From the NCBI GenBank assembly GCA_965153285.1, contig OZ229117.1: 64,000 nucleotides of DNA; one strand, written 5' to 3'. Shown here piece after piece: positions 27,001-50,000 of the stretch (position 1 is the stretch's first letter; each line of letters opens with the position of its first letter). Source of the DNA: Podarcis tiliguerta (taxonomy: Eukaryota). The translations under genes were made by a program, and so were the position numbers. The notes beneath the pieces are model-generated. The model searched no databases, was not told the DNA's origin, and worked only from the letters and a program-made list of their open reading frames with translations.

Positions 27001-28380
27001 TGACCTATAGGAGGCTGCTTCTATCTTGCCCTCCTTCCTCCCCACCTTTTGGATCCTGCTGTTGAGCCCCTCCTGCTCTGCAGAACTCCACTTATGTCCC
27101 TAGTTCATAGCAGGGGCAGTTCCCCTCTCCTAGCTGTGTTGTGCTGCACTCCATGGCTTGTAATCATGGGCAGTGTGAAACTTGTGCCCTTCTGAGCAGT
27201 GTGAACATGATCTTTGACCTACGGCTGTGTGCTTCTTGGCAGGTGCTGGCTGAGAGGGACGCCTTGGCATGCAAGCACAAGCCGGCTGTACTGGTGAAAA
27301 TTGCTCCAGACCTCACGGCCCAAGACAAGCAGGACATTGCCAGTGTCATCTCCGAGGTGATGCAGGGGTGGGTGGGCAGGAGCGGTTCTGTCTGGCTGCT
27401 GCCTCAATTATTCCTCGTTGGTTTGGACTTTTATGCCTTGTTCTAGAGCAGCTCCCTTAAGAGATCACCTTGCCCCATGTGGGCCTCTTTGATCACTTCC
27501 ATCTGTGGAACTTGCACTTTTACACCTGCCACTCTGCACACCTCGCAAGAGCAATCTCATGAGCATAGCAGCACTTGAAACTCCCTGCCTCTTGATACTG
27601 GGCAGGCACCCGCACTATATTGCATTTAGCAAGCCTACCCAGACATGTAATTTAGTCACCTATTATTGAATTTATCTTTGTTTTAAATTGAGGTGGCTTT
27701 ACATACCTTTGCTTTTAGTGAACTGTGGATTTCAGCTGTGTTTTAGCTTAAGCTATATTTGTACGCTACTTGGGAGATATAAAGATTTTTGATTAAGTGG
27801 TCTTATGAATTTCCTTTAAATAAGAGTGCGAATGGGGTAGGGCTAGACTTTCAGGGCCACCGCTGTGGGAAGAAGGGCAGCGCATAGGAGGAGAATGTGG
27901 CTCTGAGGCTTGACTGGGCTCCCTTTTTCCCAGTTAGGCGTTGATGGACTGGTGGTCACCAACACCACTGTGAGCCGCCCCAGCACCTTGCGTGCAGCTC
28001 TTCGTGGGGAGGCTGGGGGTCTAAGCGGAGCTCCCCTGCGAGAGCTCTCCACTCAGCTGGTCAGTGAGATGTACTCTCTCACCCAAGGTAAGGAGACAGG
28101 CTGGAGGGAGGGAGGGGATGCAGGTGGGAGGGACTCCAGAATCCCTCCTACTACCAGCCTCTTCTTGCCCCCCAGGACGGGTCCCCATCATTGGTGTAGG
28201 TGGAGTCTCCAGCGGGCAAGATGCCTTGGACAAGATCCGTGCAGGGGCCTCCTTGGTGCAGATGTACACTGCCCTCACCTACCGTGGGCCACCTGTGGTG
28301 GGTGCTGTGAAACAGGAGCTGGAGGCTCTGTTGAGGTGAGTGCCAGGCTGGGCCCAGCTCCCAGCTTCTTGATGGCCCAA

Positions 28381-28436
<56 letters not shown>

Positions 28437-29469
28437 GAAGGAGGGGTGCACCTAACGGACCCTCAGTCCAGCTGTGTGTTGCAGATACATTATGATGTAA
28501 TTTCAGATTCAAGCAAAGTTGTGCTGATTAAGAAAGCACAGCAGAATGAGATTGCTGCTAGCATAAGATTAGGCTGTAGAGGGAGGTGAGCAGACCACAA
28601 AACTGTCTGTCTCCCACCTAGGTTGTCATGCTGGGCTCCTTATTGCATGTATGCTCTCCATTTACACTGCAAGAAGCTGATCCCTGTTACTCTTTACATC
28701 AGCTTCAAGTACCTGGTCCTCCTTGCTTGATGTTCTGTGTCTCTCTCTCTCTCTGCCGCTTACACCCATCCCTTCTCTTCCTCCCACATTCTGCTTGCCA
28801 GCCAGCCTGCCTTTCCTCCAGATCTGCTTCCTAGCCCCTGGCACATCTCCTCTTGGAAGCCCCTGCTGCCCCCTGTTCTTCCACCTGTCCCTTATCTCCA
28901 GTCTCAAATTACCTTCCACCTCCACCAAGACAAATTACCTTTTCTCCACCACAGCTCCTTTGTGTCATTTTGTGGTCTATGGAGCCCTGGCAGCATTACA
29001 GCAGTTGATGTCTGGGACAACAGTAGTCCCAAAACAAATAATAACAGACCTTGCTTTCTATTCTTTATACCCGTGCATCTGTTGCCTTATCCAAACAATC
29101 AAATATATACTATGTAGAAGAGAAAGTGGTCTTGATCCTGTGCATATTTCACATCCTTGGTTACCTGTGACTCGCCTGCAGATCACAAGTCCGCTCCCCA
29201 CAACATACAAGGATCTGCTCTACAGGCATAAGCTTTTCTGGTCACTTTTTGTAGCTGGGGAGGGAGATGGGGACCCAAGTGGGGAGCTGGTATCTTAAGC
29301 AAATAAGGACTTTGCTTCGGGTTGAGTTTTTATCTTTCTAGGCGCCAAGAAGACTGCAGGGCCAGAGACAGCTACCTGGTCCACTCACTCTGTGCTGTTT
29401 TCTCCTTTGTGCAGGGAGCAAGGATTCCAGAGTGTGCAGGATGCTGTGGGTGCAGATCACGGCCTCTGA
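24083..29469 (+). CDS. DHODH: Dihydroorotate dehydrogenase (quinone), mitochondrial, complete, about 398 aa
   Basis: Exons 24083-24112, 25298-25510, 25693-25892, 26026-26108, 26527-26714, 27243-27356, 27934-28087, 28176-28335 and 29415-29469 (1197 nt). Motifs [56 protein letters not shown]. Confidence 0.97.
28385..28435 (+). repeat. Compound (TG)n(AG)n microsatellite
   Basis: Directly visible dinucleotide runs. Confidence 0.95.
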
Positions 29470-30116
29470 GGACTCCTGGCATGGGCTTAGTGTGACAGCA
29501 GGGACTCTGTGGGCACAGAGATGCTTGTTTGCCCTGGTCCCCGTGGTAGCATCCAGCATGTTTCTGCTTGTAGTACTGCTGGCCCCCTCGTCTTCCCCTA
29601 CATGAGGGCAGGGGGGCTTCCATCAAGATCAGCTGGGTCCATTGTTTTTCCAGCAAGGAACAAAAAAGTGCCTCCCTTAAGAGCTTCACAGTGTACTTCT
29701 TAATGCAAACTTTTGCAGTCCAGCAGGTACTAAGTGTCCCTGGAACAGGATGAGCAAACATTGACACAAGTCAAGTAGGCCAGGCTGGGGCTGGCTTCTT
29801 TCGTCAGAAACTATCAAGCAACGCAGAGGATCAGAATATGTGTGTATCCTCAGCCAAGACAAAGTCAAGGAATTCCCCTCATCTGCTGAGACCCAACAGA
29901 GTCAGGTCTGCAGTGTAACTCAGTCTCTCTCAGATGGGATTAAGTAAGGTGGGAGTATAGCAGAAATATTTTCTCTGTTTCATCCCAGAGCCCCACTCTT
30001 GATCTTAGGATGCTAAGGAGGATGGAAGCACGATCAGCATTGCTCTGAGGGGCTGTGGGATTTTGTTCCCTGCCTTGCCTTCAGGGGGAGGTGGGTATTT
30101 TTCTGGGTGGCCTTTC

Positions 30117-30122
30117 AATAAA
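30117..30122 (+). terminator. Probable DHODH polyadenylation signal
   Basis: AATAAA followed by a GT/T-rich downstream element. Confidence 0.7.
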
Positions 30123-30629
30123 GCTTTTGTTTGTTTGTTTAAACTTGTTATTTTTATTTTTTATTTCATTATGTTTTTAAATTTGGTATGAAGTGCCATA
30201 TGACAAGTGCATTTCACTTGTTTTATGATGGAGATCAGCATACAAAAGGTTAAAAAACATTGCCAATGGTGGGTGGGACTTCTCTTTAATTATTAAAAGT
30301 AACTCTAAAGGAGAGCATATTGTTTCACTTCTATGTGAAGGCCAGGCACAGGCACCTCCCAAGAGTAGAAGTTCTCTCATGGAGAAGGCCCCTGCAGCTG
30401 CCCTCTGACCCATGGCTTGAGGAAGAGGTGCCAGCTCCGGAGGTAAATCTGCAGAGTCCTGAGAGCTCTGGTGAGGGGAGAGGGGCAACATTTGAAGACC
30501 CAGTTTGTTTGTATTTCAGTGGTAAGGGGGTTGTGCCCTGGCACCCAGTGCAGGCTTTGCAGCAGTGACTGGGAGGTTATCCTAGGAATTGCACCCATGC
30601 AAAATAAAAGGGGGGCAGCTGGGCGCAAA

Positions 30630-31980
30630 AGGCGTCAGACGAACCTCTCGCCCAAGGAGTGATTCGCAAGGGCGCGAACAGCATAGGTCACCCCACCAGA
30701 CTCTCCAACCGCGGGAAGAGGGGCTGATTTGGCTCTGACGTAGGAAGGGCGGGAGGAGGCGGACCCGGAGAAGCCCCGCCCCCGGTCCAAGAGGCTCGTC
30801 TGTAGCCGGGGCAACGGGTTATGTCGCCCTAGACATAAGAAAGGGTAAGAGCGGCCCTTCCGGTGCGCGGGATTTTCGGGCTCCTGAAAACCCATCCGGC
30901 TGCAATCCGAGCCGCTTTGGATAGAGAGCGCGGGACTCGCGTTTGCCCCTCTGTCGGCTGCAAGTCTCCTAGACCTTTTCAGTCTCCGGACCCGCCTTTA
31001 ACCAAACATGCATTTGGGGACCAATCTTGTAATCGTTTACCACACATTTGCACAGCGGTGGTGCTGCTGTCGCGACCCATCTCGGATCAGGCCGTGACTC
31101 ACAAGAGGGTCTCTACCCACCACCACTTGGACTAGATGATCCCCGCGGCCCCTTCCGACTCTACTTTGCCATGACCTATGGCTGGGGAACTTCCGGCCCA
31201 GCAGAGGATGGATGGACTACAATTCCCATCCTCGTCTCTGGCCACGCTGGCTGCTGGGAGCTGCGCTCTCTAACAGCACCTGGAGGACCGTGAATGTCCC
31301 CGCACAGCGCCCCATCCCTGCATTAGCCCCGTTCCCACCCATGATCTCGAGCTGCTTTCGCAGCTGTCTGAGGGAGCGGCACGCCCCTCCTCTTCTGAGG
31401 CGAAACTGCTAGTTCTGCCGCCTTCCGTTCCAGCTGTGCGGAAGTCCGGGATCTCCTTGCGCAGTTTCCTGTGGGCGGCTTTTACGTTCCCTCCTCCAGG
31501 CGGCTGCAATCCGGAAATCCCGCCTCCGCACAAGGACTCGGTCGGTCGGTCTAGGAGCCGCGCTGCTGCACATTCTATAACGACTCTATGGCGCGGGGAG
31601 AGGCCGTCGCAGCTGCCGTCGCGGGGCATTGTGGGGCGGGCAATGGCGGCGCCCGGCAAGCGGAGGGTCAGGCCTTGAAGCGGCGGCCGCGCGGCGGCGG
31701 AGGGTGAGGCTGAGGCGGGCAGGACTCTGCCCCCGTCTCTGTCCCGAAGGCGAAGCGAGGCCGGGCCAGCGGGTTGGGCGGCGCTGCTGCTGCTGCTTCC
31801 GCTGCCGCTTTCAGCGCGGTGTGTCGTCCAGTGGCAGCGCGTCCCGCGGGACTCTGAACGGCCGAGCAGCCCCTCCAGCAGCCCAATTTTCCCCGCCGCC
31901 GTTAGGCGCCACCCCCCTTGCCGCCCAGTCCCCCTCCCGCTCACTCGAGTGCCTCCTTGCTCCCCGCAGAGAGCCCTGCA
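30630..31980 (+). promoter_or_regulatory. CpG-island promoter, non-coding exon 1 and intron 1 of DHX38
   Basis: CpG-dense. TGACGTA 30736, GC box 30747, ETS 30857-30863 and 31439-31445, ACTACAATTCCCA 31216-31228. Candidate donor GTGAGG at 31704 and acceptor CCCCGCAG at 31969. Confidence 0.75.
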
Positions 31981-43985
<12,005 letters not shown>

Positions 43986-45619
43986 CCCCTGCCCTCCCAG
44001 CTCTGTACAGAAGACCCTGCTGTGCTTAGTTGGGCAGAGCCCACCTTGGATGGACATGGAAAAAATAATTTTATTGTTTATATAAATGTTGCTGCTTCCT
44101 GACCTGATTTTGAGCAGTTGCTTTTGTTTGGCCTCTTCCTTGGTGCAAGGTTGGGGGTGAGGCTGGAGCAAGGTGTGTTTGGGGTGTACCTGTGGGGAGC
44201 CCTGTCCTCCCTCAGCCCACCCTGCTTTCTGCCACCTGCCTCCCTTTTGCCTTATACACGCTCACAGCACAACGTGTGGTTTTTTGGGGAAAGTGGCTCA
44301 GCACTTCCCCATTTATTAGCTTAGTATCTGCACAAGTTCTTTTTTTCTTTCTTTCTTCTTCTGCGTAAGAAGTCACATGATTAGTCGATCGGCCGGTCCC
44401 TGTCCAAATATTCACTGGAGCCTGGCGCGGCAGGCACCAAGGTGTGTCCTCTGCTGGGCAGGGAGGGGGCCAGCGTGTGTGGCGAAGAATAGGTATCCAG
44501 CAGCCGTGGTGGGGCTAGGACAGGTTCCACTTTGTAGCCAGCACTTTGCTTTGTTTCCGGCTCAAGCAGTGAGAGCTGCAAATGGTAATAATGATGATGA
44601 TTTGGGGTGGGGGGAGGAGGTACAGCAGGAATGGCTTTCTACATCCATGCTTGACTAACAATCAGTTTGCTCAGGGAATCTCTACGGGAGACTGAAAATA
44701 AGATAGCATCTATTTGAATGCTATTACTTCATTTTAGACTATTGTACACAGCATTGGTCCTCTTAAGAAAGGGCATGTTTGCACCCACCATAAATGATTG
44801 AAAGGGAGTGGAAATGGCTTCTGTACACCCAAGGACTAAAGTCAATTCTAGACATAATGTTGGATAAAGCGTTTATTTAAATACTTTCCCCTCCAATATT
44901 GGTATGTAACTCCATTAGAGGTCAGTTGGGGAACTGTGGCCTGGCCTCTGCTACCGGCCCCTGGCTTTAAGCATGTGGCCCTCTGGATGATGATAGATTC
45001 CATCAGCCCCAGCCACTATTGCCAGGAGTGAGGGGAGCCAGAACTTCACAATAGCTACAAGCTCCCCACCCTTGCAGGAAAGCTGTGGGGCTGGGGCGGG
45101 GGGGGGGGGTGTATTTGCCCAGGGCCCATCTCACTGGCTGCTGGAAAAAGATTGCTGTATAACAGAACTCCGTAGCCTATACCAGGCAGTTCCTTACAGA
45201 GGCTTTATCACACTGCTTTTGCAGGCTTTCCAGAGGTTTCTGGTGCTTTGTGTAGGGTGCTATGATGCCCCAGCCTGCATGTGTGAGCCGAGAAAATAAC
45301 TTTTTAAGCCAAGCTTGTGCAAAGTGCCTTCCTGCCATCAGAGACATCCTACCTTGCCTCAAAAGATTGGTCCAGGCAGTCCCTGGCTTGGAAGTTAACT
45401 CACGTCACTGAAGGAGGTTGTGAGTCAGCAAGTCCCCTGAAGGCAGGGAAGCTCCTTGGTGCTGGCATTGTCCAAGGAGAGGAGTGGGGGAGAACAGAAG
45501 CACTTACTCATCCGATGGGAACGTAGGCCAAGGCTGTGGTAGTACAGCACCTGGGTCCAAATCACTGCTGTGAAAAGCCTGCAACCAGAAAGAGGAGACT
45601 TTGTGTGTGTGTTATTTCC

Positions 45620-46830
45620 CTTAAGATTTCATTAAGGCTTTTTTTTGTACTACAATACAATACAAAATGAACAAAAACGAAAAGAGAAAGAATAATCTCA
45701 ATAATGTCCCAGAGTAGAAGGCAAGGAAAACAAAAGGAAAAAAGAGGAAGGAATATAAAAGGAAAAGAGATGTGAAAGGGACTTTTGATTTTCTGTCTCT
45801 GCCAGCTCAGGATGTCCATGGCTTCATTCCATTCCTTCAACATCATAACTCGTGCCATTTGGGAGTTTCATTCCTCCAGACACTGGTGCAAAGGACTTCT
45901 CATTTCATTTCATTATCTTATTTCATTTCATTATCTGCTACCTCCAACTCTACTATTTCACTCTCCTGTTCTGGAAATCCTTTTTTGATATTGTTCTCCA
46001 AAGTCTCTGTGCCCTCTTTAATACCATTTTCCATTTCATCCTTCTCTGGTCCATTTTCCTTCACCATTTCATCAATCTCAGCTCTGATCTCTCTTAACTG
46101 CTCATCCAATAATTGCTGTAAGATGGCGACAGTCAATGGAGTGTCCAACAATGTATTTGCCATACTGAGTGTTCTTAATCTTATTAACAGTTCAATACGC
46201 ATCTTAAAAACTTAAGACCTTAAGGTCTTCACAGCATTCCTTATCAAACCACATTTCTTTCCCACAGTGACATAGAAAAAATACTTTCAGATTGAAGTCA
46301 ACAGTTTTGTCAAAAAAACAGAATTTAAAATAAAAGATTTCTAACAATCTGAACACCCTTGATTGTTAAATGATAAACTCTTCTTAAGAAGGTAGCTCAC
46401 ACACCAGATGTAAATTTCAACTGGCAGACAGAGAACCTCTCAGTTGTAATTTATAGCAGTCTTGAAGGTAATTGGAGAAAGGGAGGCTTTGCTGACCTTA
46501 TGCCCTGAGGGTGTTATGTGGTTTGGGGGCAGAATGAAAATTCTTCTCTAAGTCACTCACCTCCATCTGGGTTCTCAGCTGCTCAGTCTCCAGACATGGA
46601 AAGCAGCTTTTCTTTTTCACACTATTTTTCCAAAATAAATTCAATAGCTAAGATTTATGGCTTTGGCTATCATGAATCACTACGTAATCATCTCTGTTGG
46701 TGAACCATCCGCTGTTCCTCCTTCGGCAGTCCGAGGATCTGTGTTTTCAAGGAGTGGATTTGCCCAACACACAGGCTCTGTGGTCACTACCAGGCACTCA
46801 TTGTGGGTTGGATGCTGAAAGCCGACTTCT
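45620..46830 (-). mobile_element. Short L1-derived element (5'UTR, ORF1-like coiled-coil remnant, A-rich tail)
   Basis: Minus-strand ORF 45918-46202 (ILQQLLDEQLREIRAEIDEMVKE...ELEVADNEMK) resembles an ORF1 coiled coil. L1-like tail near 45620-45650. No clear TSD; boundaries approximate. Confidence 0.6.
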
Positions 46831-47066
46831 CTGTGCTCTTGTTGCTGAACTGCAAAAGCCTCCACAACAGCACTTGTTCAATGCCTTCTCATTAAATGAT
46901 GTGGGTGGTCTGGGGAATCCTTGGGGTTGTCCCATCTTCTGCCATGTCTCCTGTTATGGCAATATTGGCCCACTCTGCATTTGTTGGTTTAGGGTTCCAG
47001 AAGTACTTTACTTCAAATAATGCCTGCCTGCCTTGCAGGCTCACAGAACACCTTGCCACTCACTCA

Positions 47067-50000
47067 TTACTTTTCCTGCTGGGAAACTGAGGCAGCCTAC
47101 TGAGAGTGCCTCAGGGTGTCACTCTCTGCCATCTGGACCCCTGGGATTATTGGCCCTTCACTACCAAGCCTTCCACTCACCTTGAGGCGCTCACACTCAA
47201 TACGCCGCTCATCCACTTCACTTTTCAAGCGTTTATTCTCTTGCTGGAGTCTCTCCATTAGCCCATGGAGGTGGCTGTGGAAAGAAACTGCCTTAACAAA
47301 GGCGAACAAACAGCCATGCAGCAGCCTTTGGACTTAACACATGTGGATAACAGGACAAGGAAAGGAGGAGCGCCTGAATTTTAAAAACACCTCTTGTCCT
47401 GCACAATATTTGGAGATATGGGGTGGAGGCAGGGGAAGTTGGAACCAGCAGGTGAGCCTACTGCCCACCCCTTGAGGAAGGGCAGAAGTGTGGGAGGCCT
47501 GGAGGAGGCTCCACCCCCCCCCGCGCGTGTCCGCCTGCTGCACTTACTCCCTCTCGCCCGTCAGCTGAGCAATTTGCTTGATCTGGTCCCGGATCTTGTC
47601 GCCCAACTTCTCATTCACCTGCCTGCAACGAGACACCAGTTGGGAGGAAGTAACAAGGGGCAAGGAAAGGTGGTAAGCAGTACTGCTAGAGCCCATTCCC
47701 ACCCACCCCAGGAGGAGGAGGCTGCCACAGCCAGGTGGCACAAACTCACTTCTGCTCCTTCACCCACTGGCTGACGTTGGCCACCACCAACTCACTCTCA
47801 TGATGCAGGCGGTAGCTGTCGGCCCGTGCTGTCTCCAGGGAGGTCTGCAGGGATTCCACCTGCCAGGTAAGAAGAGGGCAGTCTAGGAAGGCCACCCTGG
47901 CATGGTTCCAGAAGTGCAAAGCAACCTCCACTGGCCCCTCCCCTCTCTTGCCCCTAAACTATTCTGAAAGGGCCAAAGAATGAAAAGCAGAGCCAGATGC
48001 AAACAAGACTCCCAAATGGCAACCACAAGGTCTCTGGTGGGCCACAGACTAAGAGCCCTGCTGCAGCCGGCTCAGAGCTCCACCTGGTGCGGCATCTGGG
48101 GATCCAAACCAGGTGCTGCCAGGAAACCCAAAGGCAGAGGATCAGGTCTAGAATATTTCCCAGTGCCTGGTATTCAGAGGTAGATTGCCTCTGGACAAGG
48201 AGGTTCCACAAAGCTATCATGGCCAACGCCTACTGGCACATCTCTTTGTCTTGAGGTTGTCTACTCCCCCATTTAAACCATTCTAATTGGCAGCTGTCGG
48301 CACACCCTGTGACAGTGAGTGCCATCATCGAGTTCTACGTTGTGTGAAAAGGAACCTTCTTTGGTCTTCTGCAAATTCATTTGCTTGCCCCCCAATCTCA
48401 GTAGGTAATCTCACTGTGCCACCAGCAAAACCTCAACCTTGGTCAAGTTCCACTTGAGGACAGCACCAGACCTTAGAGAGGATGTGGACAAGCGGAAGAG
48501 GATGCAAAGGAGAGTATCAGAGATGCTCAAGAACTTGGCAGGGCAACCGGCCCTGAGGAAAGGCTGGAGGAGAGCAGCAGCAGGTGAAGGGAGGGACAAG
48601 ACAAAGCTGGAGGAAGCTGAGCAACAAAGAGAAGGAAAGGAGAGAAAGAACGAGATCAGCTGAGCTCTAACTCTGGAGAGAAGAACAAACCAAGGCTTAT
48701 AGGGGCCAAAGGGTGGGGAGGGGAGTGAGAGAGTATTCACTGGGCAACCTCAGTGCATGGGGTGCAACCAGCTCTGGCTTTGAGGCTAGACAGGCTTGTT
48801 GCTTTCACAACTCCCTGAGGCAGCCAGGCCAGCCTGTTGTGACCTTTGTTGTCACCTCAGCTTGTGAATGTGCCACCCAGAAGCCATGAGGACTCTTTGG
48901 ATGCTTCGCTTAGGGCCTTCTTCCCCAGTGACTTGGGATCTGCTTTCTTCCTAGGGGCAGCAGAGGTGGATGGTGCCCCTGGGGAGTCTGGGGGATGAGT
49001 CTCCTCCCCAAGCTTTACTTACGTCCCGGCTGGAAACCACAAACTTCTGCCGGAGGACGTTGACTTCGTTCTGCAGCTCTTCTCTCTGCCAAAGCAGCCC
49101 CAGGAGAGGACCAAAGGAAAAGCATCAGCCACCTGAGGAGGACTTGGCTGTGTATCCCTCCACCCTGCAGGGAGCCCCTCGTCACCTCCTCTGTCGCCTG
49201 GTGACACTTCTCCTCCAGCGAGGCCAGCTCCACCTTCATCACCACCAGCTCCTCGTCTTTTTCGGCCAGAGCCCGCTCGGCCGCCCGGTGCTCCTGCTGC
49301 CAGTGCTGCACTTGGCTGCCCAGGGCACTCAGCCGCTCCTCGGAGGCACAGGCCTGTGAAGACAGAGGAGTTGCCCACTGGGTGAGCTTGGGCTGAGCAA
49401 GAAGCCCCCTCCAGCCCTCCCTCCCTGGGCCAGGGATGCTCACCTCCTGCTCCCTCTCCCTCTGCATGGCCAGCAGCTGCTGCAGCTGCTCTCGGGAGCC
49501 GCTCAGTTCTTCCTCCAGATGGTCTGCCCTGTGCTGGGCAAGCTGCAGCTCCGCCTGCAGGCAGGACACCTCCCGGGTTCTCTGCTCCAGCTGCCAAGAA
49601 GGGAGGGTAGAGGTCATCTCCCGGGTTGGCTGGCCTCCAGAAGGTGCCCAAGTTTGGCTTGGCCTTACCTGCTCCACCGCCTCCCTTTGGCTGGCCTGGC
49701 AGGACGTGGCCTGCAGCCGGAGGTCCTGGGCAATGTTCTTGGCTGCAGCCAGGGACTGGCTGCTCTGGCGCTCCTTCTCCTGGGCAGTGTGCAGCTCAGT
49801 GTGGAGCTGGGAGAGGGTGGCCTCCTGGCGCAACACCTGTGGAGTGGGGTGGGGGAGGCAAGCCTGGTCAACCTGCAGGAAGGCAGGTGAGGGCGGGAAG
49901 GTGGCAATGGCTGCCCACACTCACCTCTGCTGTCTCCTGCTGCAACTGCAACTGGGCGTGTTCATACTTTTTGCGGAGCACCTCCAGCTCCGTCTTCTGC

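Noticed and set aside
28470-29298. Possible solo LTR or 191-aa ORF in the last DHODH intron
   Set aside because: No matching TG...CA termini with a TSD; the ORF is pyrimidine-rich and low complexity.
30494-30511. EDPVCL hexapeptide identical to a TXNL4B segment, at the syntenic position
   Set aside because: It is on the opposite strand to that expected and has no flanking similarity or exon structure, so it is likely chance. tblastn would settle it.
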